Counted from the stretch's first letter, positions 17,491 to 29,529 are shown. The stretch: 32,015 nt of DNA from an uncultured Gemmatimonadota bacterium (GCA_964490075.1 CAZBBK010000069.1:1-32015), one strand, 5' to 3'. The notes: generated from the sequence alone by a model not told the origin. Made by a program: numbers and translations.

Positions 17491-20124
17491 TCAGCCGCCG
17501 TCGTTGCCCATGGTAGCGCCGTGCGCGCGCCGCGCCTCGTCGCTATTCGGCGCTACCTCGATCAGCCGGCGCCAGGCCGCGTGGCATTCATCGAACTTGC
17601 CGGAGCGACGATAGGCCTCGCCCAGCACGTAGAGCGCGCGCGCCGAGCGGGCGTCGCGCTCCACCGCCGCCCGTGCCGGCTCGATCGCCTCCAGGGCCCG
17701 GCCCTGGCGCAGCTCCAGCGCCGCCAGCTCGCTGTGCGGGCGGGCGTCTCCCGGGGCGCAGTCGATCGCCGCGCGCAGCGCCTCGCGAGCCAGATCGAAA
17801 CGGACCACGGCGATCGCCTCGCGGGCCAGCTCGATCTGGATCGCCGCCGCGGCGGGATCGATCTCGGCGGCGCGCGTGAGGGCCGAGAGGGTGCTCTCGT
17901 GGTCGGAGCGCGCCCGGTAGAGACCGGCGACACCCAGGAACATCGCCTGCTCACCGAGCACCGAATCGACGGCGATCTCCTTGTTCCGCAAGCTGCGCAG
18001 CACCTTCGATCGCGCCGCGTCCGGGGTGTCGCACTCCGCTCCGAGGCCGAGATAGAACTCGGTGAAGGAGCTCAAATAGGATTGCCCTTCCCGCACCGCC
18101 TGGGGCTTGGGGCGCGGCACCGGATCGATCTCCGTGCGGCGGCGATTGCGCCGCGCCTGGCGCGGTTCCTGGGCGCGGCGGATCGCGGCGCCCACGGGCG
18201 CCAGATCGGCGCCGATCGGCAGACCAGCACGCAAGGTGGAGTAGATGGTCTGCGCCAGCAGCTCGGTGCCCAGCTCGGTCATGTGCACGTCGTCGTAGAA
18301 GAGCACATCGTAGCGACGCTCGCGGAAGGCTTCGATCGAGTCGACCACCGGCCGCCGGCACGCCTTCGCCTCCGCGCGCATGATCTCGTAGTAGTCGGAG
18401 AAAAAAGGTGTCTCGTAGAAGAAGTCGTACTCCGGCTCCAGGATGAACACCACGTCGAAGCCGACACTGTCGGCGACGGCGCAGAACTCGCGCAGGTTGC
18501 GCCGGTAGTCGTCGGGCGGGACGCGCGAAGGGCGGGGATCGACCAGCTCGTATTCGTCCTCATCTTGCGCTTGTTGGCGCTCCAGTGTGGCCACCTGGAC
18601 CTTGTCTCCGGCCGCGGCCTCGCCGGCGCCGGTGAGCAGCGCCACCAGTCCCATGTAGAGACGTGATTTGCGCAGCGCGCCCTGGGTGGACTCGACCCAG
18701 CGACCACGTTCGGCGTTGGCCCTCTCCCAATGCTCCCGATAGGGGACTCCGACCTCGGACGAAACCTTGTCGTTGTGGGTGAAGTCGATGGTCACGATAT
18801 CGGGATCGAGGCGCAACAGATCTCCGCGCAGGTTCATCAACGCCTGAAATGTGGTGTAGCCCGAAACACCGCCGTTGATCACCTCGAAGCTGCGCCCCGA
18901 TCCGGCGTTCAGCAGGTCTTCCAGGACCGCCGGATAGGTGTCGTCGGAATCGGCGATGCCGTCGCCGTAGGTGGAGGAGCTGCCAAGGCAGAGCACGCGC
19001 GTGGTTCCGGCCGGCTTGCGCAAGTCGATCTCTCGGCCGCGGAACCCGAAGGAGTTGATGTACGACTCCCACACCCGGCTGCCCGGCTCCATGTGCCAGA
19101 ACAGAAAGCGGTCCTTCACGTAGCCGCCCGCGTAGGCGGGATCCCAGCGCTCACCCAGCTCGGTGTCGCGCACCCACAGCTCGGTTCCGAGCAGCACCAG
19201 CAGGGCATGCAGCAAGAGCAGGCCCTGGGCCCCTTTCAAGTGATGCTGGCGGCGCAGCACGTGCCCCAGCGCCACCAGCGCCCACACCAGCGGGGCCGCG
19301 CCGGCCCATGCCGCGCCGGCGCCGCCCAGGAGCACGCCGGCCACGCCCAGAGCCGCCGCGGCCCCCGCCCCCAGCGCCACCGCCCGCTGCACGGCGCTGC
19401 CGGCCGCTCCGGCACGGTCGTCGAGCGCCCGCAGGGCCGCCGCCCAAATGCCGAGGGTCGCCATCCAGCCGAGCCAGAGGGCGGCGATGTGGGGCCAGCG
19501 CAGCGGCGGTCGGTCGGGAGTGGAGAGCGGGATCGATGTGAATCCCCGGACCTCGACTCGTCCCTCGATCGGCACCAGGCCGCTCTCCCCCCAGGGGTAC
19601 TGGAAGTCCTGGAAGCGGTCGACCTCGACGTCGTCGATCCAGGCCACGTGCTCGCCGTCGCGCGAGATGATGCGCAAGTGCAGCCAGCGCCCAGGCTCGA
19701 CCACCGCCGACTGGCCGCGCTGGTTGAGGCCGGTGCTCTTGACGAAGCCGCAGGGCAGCTCGGGGCGGGCGCTGACGCGCAACGCGTACCAGTCGAAGGT
19801 CTTGCGCCCCACCAGCCCGTAATCCGATTGCACCTGGATGTCGCGCTCGCGGCGGTGGAAGAAGATCTCCGCCACGCCGCCGGGCTCCAGCATCAGATCG
19901 GTCTCGATGCGCAGGTTGCGGAACAGGGTCCCCTCGAGGAAGAGCACCTTTCCCATCTCGAGAGTCTGCTGCTCGGCGCGCTGGGTGGCGTGCTCGGCCG
20001 GGTTCCAGCCCTGCGGAGGCGGCTCCGGTCGCGGCCGGTCGATGCGCTCGCGGCACCACGCCGTCAGCAGCACCGCGATCGAGATCGCGGCCACCAGGCC
20101 GGCCCGCCGTCGTGCGCCGCTCAC
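17491..20124 (-). CDS. Membrane protein: DUF1080-like beta-sandwich, TM helices, SGNH/GDSL hydrolase, C-terminal TPRs
   Basis: INSFGFRG, LCLGSSSTYG, INGGVSGY, HND, DDVH; TPR-like helices at the end. GTG 20124 overlaps the upstream TGA. Confidence 0.85.
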   Translation of the reverse strand: MSGARRRAGLVAAISIAVLLTAWCRERIDRPRPEPPPQGWNPAEHATQRAEQQTLEMGKVLFLEGTLFRNLRIETDLMLEPGGVAEIFFHRRERDIQVQSDYGLVGRKTFDWYALRVSARPELPCGFVKSTGLNQRGQSAVVEPGRWLHLRIISRDGEHVAWIDDVEVDRFQDFQYPWGESGLVPIEGRVEVRGFTSIPLSTPDRPPLRWPHIAALWLGWMATLGIWAAALRALDDRAGAAGSAVQRAVALGAGAAAALGVAGVLLGGAGAAWAGAAPLVWALVALGHVLRRQHHLKGAQGLLLLHALLVLLGTELWVRDTELGERWDPAYAGGYVKDRFLFWHMEPGSRVWESYINSFGFRGREIDLRKPAGTTRVLCLGSSSTYGDGIADSDDTYPAVLEDLLNAGSGRSFEVINGGVSGYTTFQALMNLRGDLLRLDPDIVTIDFTHNDKVSSEVGVPYREHWERANAERGRWVESTQGALRKSRLYMGLVALLTGAGEAAAGDKVQVATLERQQAQDEDEYELVDPRPSRVPPDDYRRNLREFCAVADSVGFDVVFILEPEYDFFYETPFFSDYYEIMRAEAKACRRPVVDSIEAFRERRYDVLFYDDVHMTELGTELLAQTIYSTLRAGLPIGADLAPVGAAIRRAQEPRQARRNRRRTEIDPVPRPKPQAVREGQSYLSSFTEFYLGLGAECDTPDAARSKVLRSLRNKEIAVDSVLGEQAMFLGVAGLYRARSDHESTLSALTRAAEIDPAAAAIQIELAREAIAVVRFDLAREALRAAIDCAPGDARPHSELAALELRQGRALEAIEPARAAVERDARSARALYVLGEAYRRSGKFDECHAAWRRLIEVAPNSDEARRAHGATMGNDGG

Positions 20125-20828
20125 CACAGGTCCCGGTAGACGATCTGCTCGCCGGTGCTTCGGTTGCGCATGACGATCTGGATCGAGCGAATCAGAGTCT
20201 CGGGCAGGAAGCCGGCTCGCAGTCCGAAGTGGCCGTCGAAGAGCGTCGGATCGAGCCACGATCCGCAGCGCCGGCCGTCGACGAAACAGGTGAGCTGGTC
20301 GCCTTTCGCGCGCAGGCTGACCCGCGACCACTCGCCTTCGCGCAGGGCGATCGCGGAGCGCTGGATGCGCGCCGCGCATCCCTTCTCGTAGCGGATCAGA
20401 GCGCTCGGCAGCTCGGGCGGAACCGAGGCCCGAAAGCAGTAGTAGCTGTTGACTCGGCGCCGCACCATCAGGTCGATGTACGACTCGAGCCCGAGCGGGA
20501 ACACCTCGACGCTGAGCTCCACCAGCTCCAGGGATTCGTCCTCCGGAACCTCGAAGATCAGCTCGTTGAAGAAGGCGAGGGTGAAGTAGGGATCGACCAC
20601 CTCTTGGCGCAGAAAGGACTCGGCGTAGTTCATGGTCGGCGACGAGAGGCGCCGCCAGTGCTCGGCGCTCAGGCCGTCCAGGATCCGCACTTCGGTGCCC
20701 GGCGGGAGGGGCGCGCGCGGGTCGAGCTGGGCGCTCGCGACCGCGCCCCACCCCAGGGCGCCCACGACCAGCCAGAACGGGGCGCGCCAGCGCCTCGTGG
20801 GTCGGAAGTCTGTTGGACGGAATTGCAT
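20121..20828 (-). CDS. Exported protein with DUF1080/concanavalin-like domain
   Basis: Signal peptide ending ASA-Q; EWSRVSLRAKGDQLTCFVDG...GHFGL...IRSIQI. Confidence 0.7.
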   Translation of the reverse strand: MQFRPTDFRPTRRWRAPFWLVVGALGWGAVASAQLDPRAPLPPGTEVRILDGLSAEHWRRLSSPTMNYAESFLRQEVVDPYFTLAFFNELIFEVPEDESLELVELSVEVFPLGLESYIDLMVRRRVNSYYCFRASVPPELPSALIRYEKGCAARIQRSAIALREGEWSRVSLRAKGDQLTCFVDGRRCGSWLDPTLFDGHFGLRAGFLPETLIRSIQIVMRNRSTGEQIVYRDLW

Positions 20829-21001
20829 CGAGTCGGTGCTCCCCGTGCACGGATCGCGGCGATGCGCAGCAAGCCCTGAGTCTCCCCGGAAGCGGCATCG
20901 GTTTCAACTGCTCGATGAGCCGCCGCTCCGCATTGCGGTCGATCGGCGCAGCGCGTACGGTTGTCGCGCGCCGGGGTCGACCCCGGCGGGGAGGACCGAC
21001 C

Positions 21002-22336
21002 CTGCGGATTCTGCTGATTCAGCTCTCGCCGCCGATCGAGGCGCCCTACCCCTTGGGGCTTGCCCTGGTCGCCGCGGCCCTGGCCCCCGCCGGGCACCAG
21101 CTGCATGCTCTCGATGGCGCGCGCCGGCGCCCGCGCTTCATTGCCGCGCAGGCGACGGCCGGTCGTGCCGACCTGGCCCTGCTGGCGATTCCGCGGGGCA
21201 TGGAGCCGCCCGCCCGGCGCCTGGTGGCGGCGCTGCTCCGCGGCGGCGTGCCGGTCGCTCTCTCAGGCCCCGACGTGCTGCGGAACCCTCAGCGCTGGAC
21301 CGGCGGCGGAGCGTGGGCCGTGGTCGGCGACGGCTCGGTCCACTCCTGGGGCGCTCTGCCGATCTGGTGCGAGGCGACGGTCGTGGAGCTGGTCGCCGCT
21401 CTGGAGCGGGGCGGCGATGGCGCCGCGGTGCCGGGGGTGGTCGGCGAGGGCGATGCGCCGCGGCTGCGCCCCCGCGACCGCAGCCTGTGGCCCGGCCTGG
21501 TCGCCGACCGGGCGCTCTTTCCGATCCCTTCCTACTGCGGCGGAATGCTCGCTCATCGCTATCCCTACACCGCGCTCCTGACCTCTCGCGGCTGCGGCCT
21601 CGATTGCGCCTACTGCGCTCTTCCCGGCACTCCCGATCATAGCTTCGTGGCCCGCGCGCCCGAGGCGGTGGCCGACGAGATGGAGTGGCTGCGCCGCGAC
21701 CACGGCGTGCGCTCGGTGCACATCGAGGACGACCGCTTCCTCGCCGATCCCGAGCGTGTGGCGCGGCTCTGCGCCGAGCTGCGCCGCCGCGGCGTCCCGG
21801 CGGCCTGGGAGCTGCCGAACGGGATTCGGATCGGCGATCTGCGAGAGGGCGAGCTGGTGCGCGAGATGGCGTCGGCGGGCTGCGCCGCGTTGACCCTCTC
21901 GATCGAGTCGCTGCATCGCGGCCCGGGCAGAGCCGTGCTGCCCTGGAGCGAGCCGCTGGACGAAGTGCGCGCATGCGTCGAGCGCTGCAAGGCCGCGGGC
22001 CTCCGCACCGAGGCCTACTTCTTGATCGGGCATCCTGGTGACACCGCGGACGGCATTCGCGCCATGCTGGCCGACGCCCGGCGTCTGCCTCTCGACGGCA
22101 TGCAGGTGTCGGTGTTCCGCCCGGTGGCCGGCAGCGAGCTGGCGGCGGGGGGGGGGCGGGTGCAGGGGGCGGCACCGGCGGTGGAGCTCCTGGAGAGCTT
22201 GCGGCGCCGCGCCATGATCCGTTGCCACGCCCATCCGCGCCGCCTCGGACCCCTGGTCCTCGGCCTGCTTCGCCACCCGCGCCGTCTCGCGGTGCTGGCG
22301 CGCAAGCTACGCACACTGATGATCGGGATGCCATGA
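21002..22336 (+). CDS. Radical SAM protein with a divergent B12-binding-like N-terminal domain
   Basis: TSRGCGLDCAYC, IEDDRF, SIES, YFLIGHPGDT; N-terminus xRILLIQ...PLGL. Start is CTG 21002 behind GGAGG, or ATG 20915. Confidence 0.88.
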   Translation: MRILLIQLSPPIEAPYPLGLALVAAALAPAGHQLHALDGARRRPRFIAAQATAGRADLALLAIPRGMEPPARRLVAALLRGGVPVALSGPDVLRNPQRWTGGGAWAVVGDGSVHSWGALPIWCEATVVELVAALERGGDGAAVPGVVGEGDAPRLRPRDRSLWPGLVADRALFPIPSYCGGMLAHRYPYTALLTSRGCGLDCAYCALPGTPDHSFVARAPEAVADEMEWLRRDHGVRSVHIEDDRFLADPERVARLCAELRRRGVPAAWELPNGIRIGDLREGELVREMASAGCAALTLSIESLHRGPGRAVLPWSEPLDEVRACVERCKAAGLRTEAYFLIGHPGDTADGIRAMLADARRLPLDGMQVSVFRPVAGSELAAGGGRVQGAAPAVELLESLRRRAMIRCHAHPRRLGPLVLGLLRHPRRLAVLARKLRTLMIGMP

Positions 22337-23865
22337 TGAGACCCTTTGCCCCTGCGCTGGCCCTGGCGCTGCTGCTGAGCGGCTGCGTCGCCCCGCTGCC
22401 GCCCGCAGAGACCGCCCGCCCCGACGCCCCGGCGCCCGGCGCACCGGTCCCGGCCCTCGCCGAGCTGATGAATCGTCACGTGAGGGCGCTGGGCGGCGCG
22501 GAAGCGACCATGGCGCTCGGCGGACGCCTGATCCACGGCACGATCCGCGAAGGGAAGCGCGTCGGCTCGTTCCGTGTCGCGGTGATGGTCGATGGGCGTT
22601 ACCGGTCGACCACCATCTTCGGCGACGACTACGAGCTGGTCGGATTCGATGGCGCGCGTCCCTGGGCGATCGATGCCGCCGGCCGCCCGCTGCCCCTCGA
22701 AGGAGCTGCGGCCGATCGGGTGCTGCTGCGGGCGGCACGCGCGTCGCTGCGTTACACCGATCCCCAGTGGCGGCCGCTGCAGATTCACGCCGCGGAGCCC
22801 GAGTCCCTCGACGGTCTGCCGCACGATGTGGTGGTGGTGCGCGCCCCGGCCGGCACCGAGATGCGGCTGATTCTCGATCGCGCCGAGGGGTTGGTGCGGG
22901 CCAGCACGATCGCCGGGTTTCCCCCGCGCCGCCACGAGGACTACCGGATCTTCGCCCATGTCGCCCTTGCGCATCGCCATGATCTCGTCGCCGCGGGGGG
23001 AGCACAGGCCCGCACCCTCGTCGTCGACGAGATCGAGCCGCTCCCCGAGGCCGACCCCGCCCTCTTCGCCTTTCCCTCCCGGCCGCTGAATCGTCCTTAC
23101 CGGTTGGAGGGCGGCGATCGCTCCGGCCCGATCGCGATCGCGGTCAGGGAGGAGCGGGTGCTGGTGCCGGTTTCGATCGAGGGCGGCCCGCCTCTGCCCT
23201 TCGCGCTCGACCTGGGCTCGGCCGAGAGCTGCATCGACGGCGCAACCGCTGATCGGCTCGGGATCATGGCCGCCGGCACCGGCACGCGCTGCGCGCTGCG
23301 CCCCGACTCGCTCGGCATCGGCGGCGCCACATTGCTCGGGCCGGTTCTGGCGCTGCACGACCTGGCGCGGGCCTCCGCCCCCGATCGGTCTCCGCTCGCC
23401 GGGCTCCTGGGGCGCGACCTCCTTGCGCGGCTGGTGGTCGAGCTCGACCTGGTGCGCGGCCGGATGCAACTGCGCGACCCCGCCACCTACCGCTATCCCG
23501 GTCCCGGCGCCGAGCTGGCGCTGGCGCTCCCGGAGGCCGGGGCGCGCATAGTGGCGCTGGTCGAGGGGCGCCACCCGGGGCGCCTGCTGGTCGACCTGGG
23601 CAGGGCCGAGAGCTTCTTCTGGGGTGATGAGCTGCTGCGCCGCCTGGGCGGCTCCGCGGCGGATCGAAGCCTGCTCCTGGAAAAGCTGTCGCTCAACGGG
23701 CGTGTGCTGCGCGGCGTGCGTGCGACGCTCGATCCGACGCTCGCCGAGCCCGGCGCCGAGGGCAGCCTGGGCCTCGATGTCTGGCGCCGCTGCCGCCTGA
23801 CGATCGACCTCGGCGCGACCCGCGCCTGGGTGGAGACGGTCGAGTCGGGAGTGGCTAGCTCCTGA
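22333..23865 (+). CDS. Lipoprotein with two retropepsin-like (aspartyl protease) domains
   Basis: Lipobox LLSGC; FALDLGS...GLLGRDLL and LLVDLGR...GSLGLDVWRR; ATGA coupling to the radical SAM gene. Confidence 0.78.
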   Translation: MMRPFAPALALALLLSGCVAPLPPAETARPDAPAPGAPVPALAELMNRHVRALGGAEATMALGGRLIHGTIREGKRVGSFRVAVMVDGRYRSTTIFGDDYELVGFDGARPWAIDAAGRPLPLEGAAADRVLLRAARASLRYTDPQWRPLQIHAAEPESLDGLPHDVVVVRAPAGTEMRLILDRAEGLVRASTIAGFPPRRHEDYRIFAHVALAHRHDLVAAGGAQARTLVVDEIEPLPEADPALFAFPSRPLNRPYRLEGGDRSGPIAIAVREERVLVPVSIEGGPPLPFALDLGSAESCIDGATADRLGIMAAGTGTRCALRPDSLGIGGATLLGPVLALHDLARASAPDRSPLAGLLGRDLLARLVVELDLVRGRMQLRDPATYRYPGPGAELALALPEAGARIVALVEGRHPGRLLVDLGRAESFFWGDELLRRLGGSAADRSLLLEKLSLNGRVLRGVRATLDPTLAEPGAEGSLGLDVWRRCRLTIDLGATRAWVETVESGVASS

Positions 23866-23887
23866 TCATCGATGGTCAAAAGCGTCG

Positions 23888-24676
23888 CTACCGGTGCCCC
23901 TCGTGCCAGGCATCCCGGTAGCCGTAGGCGTCGTCCCGGTCGACCTCTGCGTCGCCGTCGAAATCGGCGCCCGGATCGCCGGCTCGCCAGAGATCGCGGA
24001 ACCGCCGCGCGTCGGCGCGGTCGACGTCCCGGTCCAGGTCCATGTCTGCGGCGTGGAAGACCTCGAGCTCGAAGTGGACGTCGGTGTGGGCATGGTCCGT
24101 TTCGCCATAGCCGACGATGATCGTCGCCTCCGCGGCGCTGGTCAGCTGGTAGCTCCCCGGATGGAGCCAGCCGAGCTCCTCTACCTGCGCGGCCCCGCCT
24201 TCGAACTCGCGGATCCAGATCAGGTTGTCGCTTCCGGAATAGAGAAAGACCGTGCCGACCGAGTAGCCGCTCTCGAGGGTGCTGGCCGACGCGCTGAGGC
24301 GCATGCGCACCTGTTGGTCGAGGATCGTGAAGTCGACATCGGTGTGGGACTGGGCCCAGGCGTCGCCATAGTGAACCGAGCAATCGTCGGCGAGGGCGTC
24401 CGCGGACATGTCTGTCACGATGCGCGTAGGTGTGAGGTCGGAAAGGTGATCGACCCGCGCGGTGCTCACGTGCCCTCCCCACCAGTCCCAGAGATCGGCG
24501 AAGGCGTGGGCTTCGAAGCCTCCGTAGAGCTCCAGGCTCTCCTCCGACTCCATCACACCGTCGTCGAACTCATAGTCGTAGCCATAGGCCGAGGCCAGAA
24601 CATCGCGGGTCGCCGCGCTGATCCGCACGACCGGCTCCGCTCCCAGCAAGAGAGCGGGCAGCAGTAGGGAGATCAT
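23888..24676 (-). CDS. Secreted protein with C-terminal dockerin-like (GC-type-like) domain
   Basis: Hydrophobic N-terminus MISLLLPALLLG; paired Ca-loop repeats ADMDLDRDVDRAD and ADFDGDAEVDRDD. Confidence 0.78.
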   Translation of the reverse strand: MISLLLPALLLGAEPVVRISAATRDVLASAYGYDYEFDDGVMESEESLELYGGFEAHAFADLWDWWGGHVSTARVDHLSDLTPTRIVTDMSADALADDCSVHYGDAWAQSHTDVDFTILDQQVRMRLSASASTLESGYSVGTVFLYSGSDNLIWIREFEGGAAQVEELGWLHPGSYQLTSAAEATIIVGYGETDHAHTDVHFELEVFHAADMDLDRDVDRADARRFRDLWRAGDPGADFDGDAEVDRDDAYGYRDAWHEGHR

Positions 24677-24748
24677 CGATTGCGTTCCGTTTAGGGTGCA
24701 ATTTCCTGGAAGTGGCCCGAGCGCCACCCTTCGACATGTTAGCCTGAG

Positions 24749-26428
<1,680 letters not shown>

Positions 26429-26491
26429 CCACGGGTGGCCGATCCCGGCGCCCTCTCCTCTCGCGAGCCGCGCTGCGCTACCCTCTCGCGC

Positions 26492-29023
26492 ATGGGCACC
26501 GAGGCTCTGGTTCTGAGCGCCTGCAAGGTCGATTTCGACCTGGAGATCGTCGAGCGCGCCGACGAGCGGCTCGCGCTGACCACCCGCGAGGCGAAGCTCC
26601 TGGCCTACCTTGCGGCCCATCCCCGAGTCGACCTGTCGCGCGACGAGCTCCACGCGAAGGTCTGGGGGTACGGCGAGAGCGTGGTGTCGCGCGCCGTAGA
26701 TTGCACGGTCAACCGCCTGCGGCAGAAGATCGAAGAGGATCCGGCGCAGCCGCGGCATCTCTTGACCGTCTACGGGCACGGGTACCGATTCGTGCCCGAC
26801 CTCGCGCAAGATTCCGGCGCCGCGCCCGAGGATCGCCCCCGGCCTCGCGGCGAGGATCGCGAAGCCCCGCCCCGCCGCGCCGAGCCGCGCCGCGCGCGCA
26901 CCAATCTGCGCTCCGAGCCCAACGTATTCATCGGTCGCGAGGTCGAGCTCCAGGCTCTCGCCGACCTGCTGGCCGAGCGCCGAGTGGTGACGGTGGTGGG
27001 CCCGCCGGGCGCCGGCAAGACGCGCCTGGCCCGGCACCACGCGGCCGATCGGCTGAATAGCGGCGAAGTGCGCAGCGCCTGGCTCTGCGATCTCTCCGAG
27101 GCGCTCTCGGCGAGCGACGTGCTGCAGGCTCTTGCCCGCGCGCTCGATATCTCCGTGCCCGCGGAAGGGGCCGGGGGGGCGGCTCTGGCCGAGCGACTGG
27201 GACATGCCATCGCCGGCCAGGGCAGCACGCTGCTGGTGATCGACAACGCCGAGCAGGTTGCCGAGCAGCTCGCCGCGCTGCTACCCGGGTGGTGGCAGGC
27301 GGCCCCGGATGCACGTTTCCTGGTCACCAGTCGAGCGCCTTTGCGCATCCCCATCGAGCAGCAACTGCCGCTCGGCCCGCTCCGGGTTCCGACCGCCGCC
27401 GCGTCGGTGGAGATCCTCGCCGAGAACGAGGCGGTGACACTCTTCGCGGAGCGCGCCCGAGCCGTGCGTCCCTCGTTCGAGCTCGACAAAGGCAACGCCG
27501 CCGACGTCGCGGCGATCGTCGTCGAGCTGGACGGTCTGCCTCTGGCCCTGGAGCTGGCCGCGGCGCGGCTGCGGATGTGGACACCGAGCACCTTGCGGGC
27601 CCGCCTTCGCGACAGGTTTCGGGTGCTGGTCCGCTCCGCCTCCGAAGAGCCCCGGCGCGCGGCCAATCTGCGCGATGCCCTGCAGTGGTCGTGGGAGCTC
27701 CTGAGCCCCTGGGAGCAGTCGGCGCTGGCGCAATGCTCGGTATTTCGCGGAGGCTTCACCTGGGAGGCCGCCGAGGCGGTGGTCGACCTCGCGGCATGGC
27801 CCGAAGCCCCCTGGATCGTCGACGTGCTGGGCGCTCTGGTCGAGAGCTCGCTGCTCCGGGTCGGCGAGGTCGCGACGGAAAGTCGCCTGGAGATGCTGGT
27901 CAGCGTGGCGGCCTTCGCCGCCGAGATGCTCGCCCAGCAGGGGTCCGACGCGCGGCCCGGCGCCCAGGCGCGCCACGCCGCCCACTACGCGACTTACGGC
28001 GCCGAGGAGTTCACGCGCTCGCTCTCCACCCACGGCGGGCTGAAGCGACGGGCGGCGCTCTTCGTCGAGCTCGAGAACCTGGTCGTCGCCACCGAGCGGG
28101 CGTTGCGAGCGGGATGGAGCACCTGGGCGCTGGACGCCTGCTTCGCCGCCACCGAAATCCGTCTATACACCGGACCGGCCGAACCACGCATCGCCCTCGC
28201 CGAGCGGGTGCTGGAGCGCTGCGCCGAGCCCGCCAGAATGCGGGCGCGCCTGCTCAACCGCCATGCCCACTCGTTGCGCCTGACCGGTCGCGTAGACGAG
28301 GCCCGCCGCCACCTGGAAGAAGCGCTCGCGATCGCCCGCGCCGCCGCCGACCGCGGTCTGCAGGGCGCCGCTACCTGCAATCTGGGCCACCTTGCCCGCC
28401 TGAGCGGCATGAGCGCCGAGGCCCGCGACCTTTACGACCAGGCGCTGGCGATCTTCGTCGCCATCCACGATCCCTGCTCCGAGGCGATGGTCCGCGGCGC
28501 GCTCGGGGCCCTCGGTCATGCCGGAGGCTCTCTGGAAGAGGCTCGGATCCACACCGAGCAGGCCATGGAGCTGCTGCGCGCGGCCGGTGATCGCCACAAC
28601 GCGGCCCTGATGCAGGGCAACCTCGCCAACCTCCTCGAGCTGGAGGGCCGTCCCGACGAAGCGGCACGGCACAATACCCAGGCCCTCGCGGTGCTGCACG
28701 AGGTCGGCGACCGCACGGGCGAAGGCCGCTTGCTCGGAAACCTGGCCGGCGGCCTGCGCGCCCGCAGCAGCCTGGACGACGCACGCGTCCGCTACCAGGA
28801 GGCGCTCGCGATCAGCCGCGAGGTCGGCAATCGTGGCAGCGAGGGGCACCTGCTCGGCAATCTGGCGGCGGTGCACCAGGAGCAGGGCGACGATCGGCGC
28901 GCTCGAGAGTATTGCGACATGGCGCTGGCGATTCACCGCGAAATCGGCGACCGTGCCGGCGAGGACTGGGTGCTCGCAACACTTGCCCGGCTGGACGGCG
29001 ATCAGCCGGGCGCATCTCCATGA
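26492..29023 (+). CDS. OmpR-type winged helix + STAND/NB-ARC-like ATPase + TPR regulator
   Basis: [82 protein letters not shown]-like repeats. Confidence 0.92.
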   Translation: MGTEALVLSACKVDFDLEIVERADERLALTTREAKLLAYLAAHPRVDLSRDELHAKVWGYGESVVSRAVDCTVNRLRQKIEEDPAQPRHLLTVYGHGYRFVPDLAQDSGAAPEDRPRPRGEDREAPPRRAEPRRARTNLRSEPNVFIGREVELQALADLLAERRVVTVVGPPGAGKTRLARHHAADRLNSGEVRSAWLCDLSEALSASDVLQALARALDISVPAEGAGGAALAERLGHAIAGQGSTLLVIDNAEQVAEQLAALLPGWWQAAPDARFLVTSRAPLRIPIEQQLPLGPLRVPTAAASVEILAENEAVTLFAERARAVRPSFELDKGNAADVAAIVVELDGLPLALELAAARLRMWTPSTLRARLRDRFRVLVRSASEEPRRAANLRDALQWSWELLSPWEQSALAQCSVFRGGFTWEAAEAVVDLAAWPEAPWIVDVLGALVESSLLRVGEVATESRLEMLVSVAAFAAEMLAQQGSDARPGAQARHAAHYATYGAEEFTRSLSTHGGLKRRAALFVELENLVVATERALRAGWSTWALDACFAATEIRLYTGPAEPRIALAERVLERCAEPARMRARLLNRHAHSLRLTGRVDEARRHLEEALAIARAAADRGLQGAATCNLGHLARLSGMSAEARDLYDQALAIFVAIHDPCSEAMVRGALGALGHAGGSLEEARIHTEQAMELLRAAGDRHNAALMQGNLANLLELEGRPDEAARHNTQALAVLHEVGDRTGEGRLLGNLAGGLRARSSLDDARVRYQEALAISREVGNRGSEGHLLGNLAAVHQEQGDDRRAREYCDMALAIHREIGDRAGEDWVLATLARLDGDQPGASP

Positions 29024-29364
29024 CTGGCGACCACCACGGTGCGGATACCGCCGCGCACCAGGAAATCCCCCTCGACCCGGCAGTAGCGGGGCTCCAGCGC
29101 GGCCACCAGGTCGTCGAGAATGCGGTTGGTCACCGCCTCGTGGAAGGCTCCCCGGTCGCGGTACGACCACAAGTAGAGCTTCAGCGACTTGAGCTCCACG
29201 CAGCGCGCATCCGGCACGTAGCGGATGCGAATCGTCGCGAAATCGGGCTGGCCGGTCATCGGGCAGAGGCAGGTGAACTCCGGGCAGTCGAAGCGGATCC
29301 AGTAGTCGCGCCCCGGGCTGGGGTTGGGGAAGGTGTCGAGCTCGGCGGTCGGTTGACTGGGCAT
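29002..29364 (-). CDS. queF: NADPH-dependent 7-cyano-7-deazaguanine reductase (unimodular QueF)
   Basis: [36 protein letters not shown]. Confidence 0.97.
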   Translation of the reverse strand: MPSQPTAELDTFPNPSPGRDYWIRFDCPEFTCLCPMTGQPDFATIRIRYVPDARCVELKSLKLYLWSYRDRGAFHEAVTNRILDDLVAALEPRYCRVEGDFLVRGGIRTVVVASHGDAPG

Positions 29365-29529
29365 CGGGGTCTTTCGCGGCCGGGGATGGTGGGCGGCGTG
29401 TCATCTGCCGGTGGGAGTGCGGCGGAGCGGATCCTGGCGGGACCGCGGAGAAGGAAGCCTGTGCGCGCCGGGTCATCGAGACGGCCGACGCAGGAAAGTC
29501 TACTCCTCTCGAAGCGGGGATTCAGCCGC

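Noticed and set aside
20125-20907. N-terminal extension making the SGNH protein 1138 aa
   Set aside because: It overlaps a better gene (20121-20828) in another frame and has Arg/Pro/Ala-rich shadow composition. The same applies to the ORF-track extensions of mutL, miaA, the HAD hydrolase, the dockerin-tag gene and the FGE gene.
26492-29023. STAND protein as an Avs antiviral system or Cas-associated effector
   Set aside because: The N-terminus is a DNA-binding wHTH, not a nuclease/TIR/SIR2/protease effector; the architecture fits common transcriptional regulators.
29002-29364. queF as part of a 7-deazaguanine DNA-modification (dpd) defence island
   Set aside because: No dpdA/tgt-like, queC/D/E or helicase genes nearby; it looks like a standalone queuosine pathway gene.
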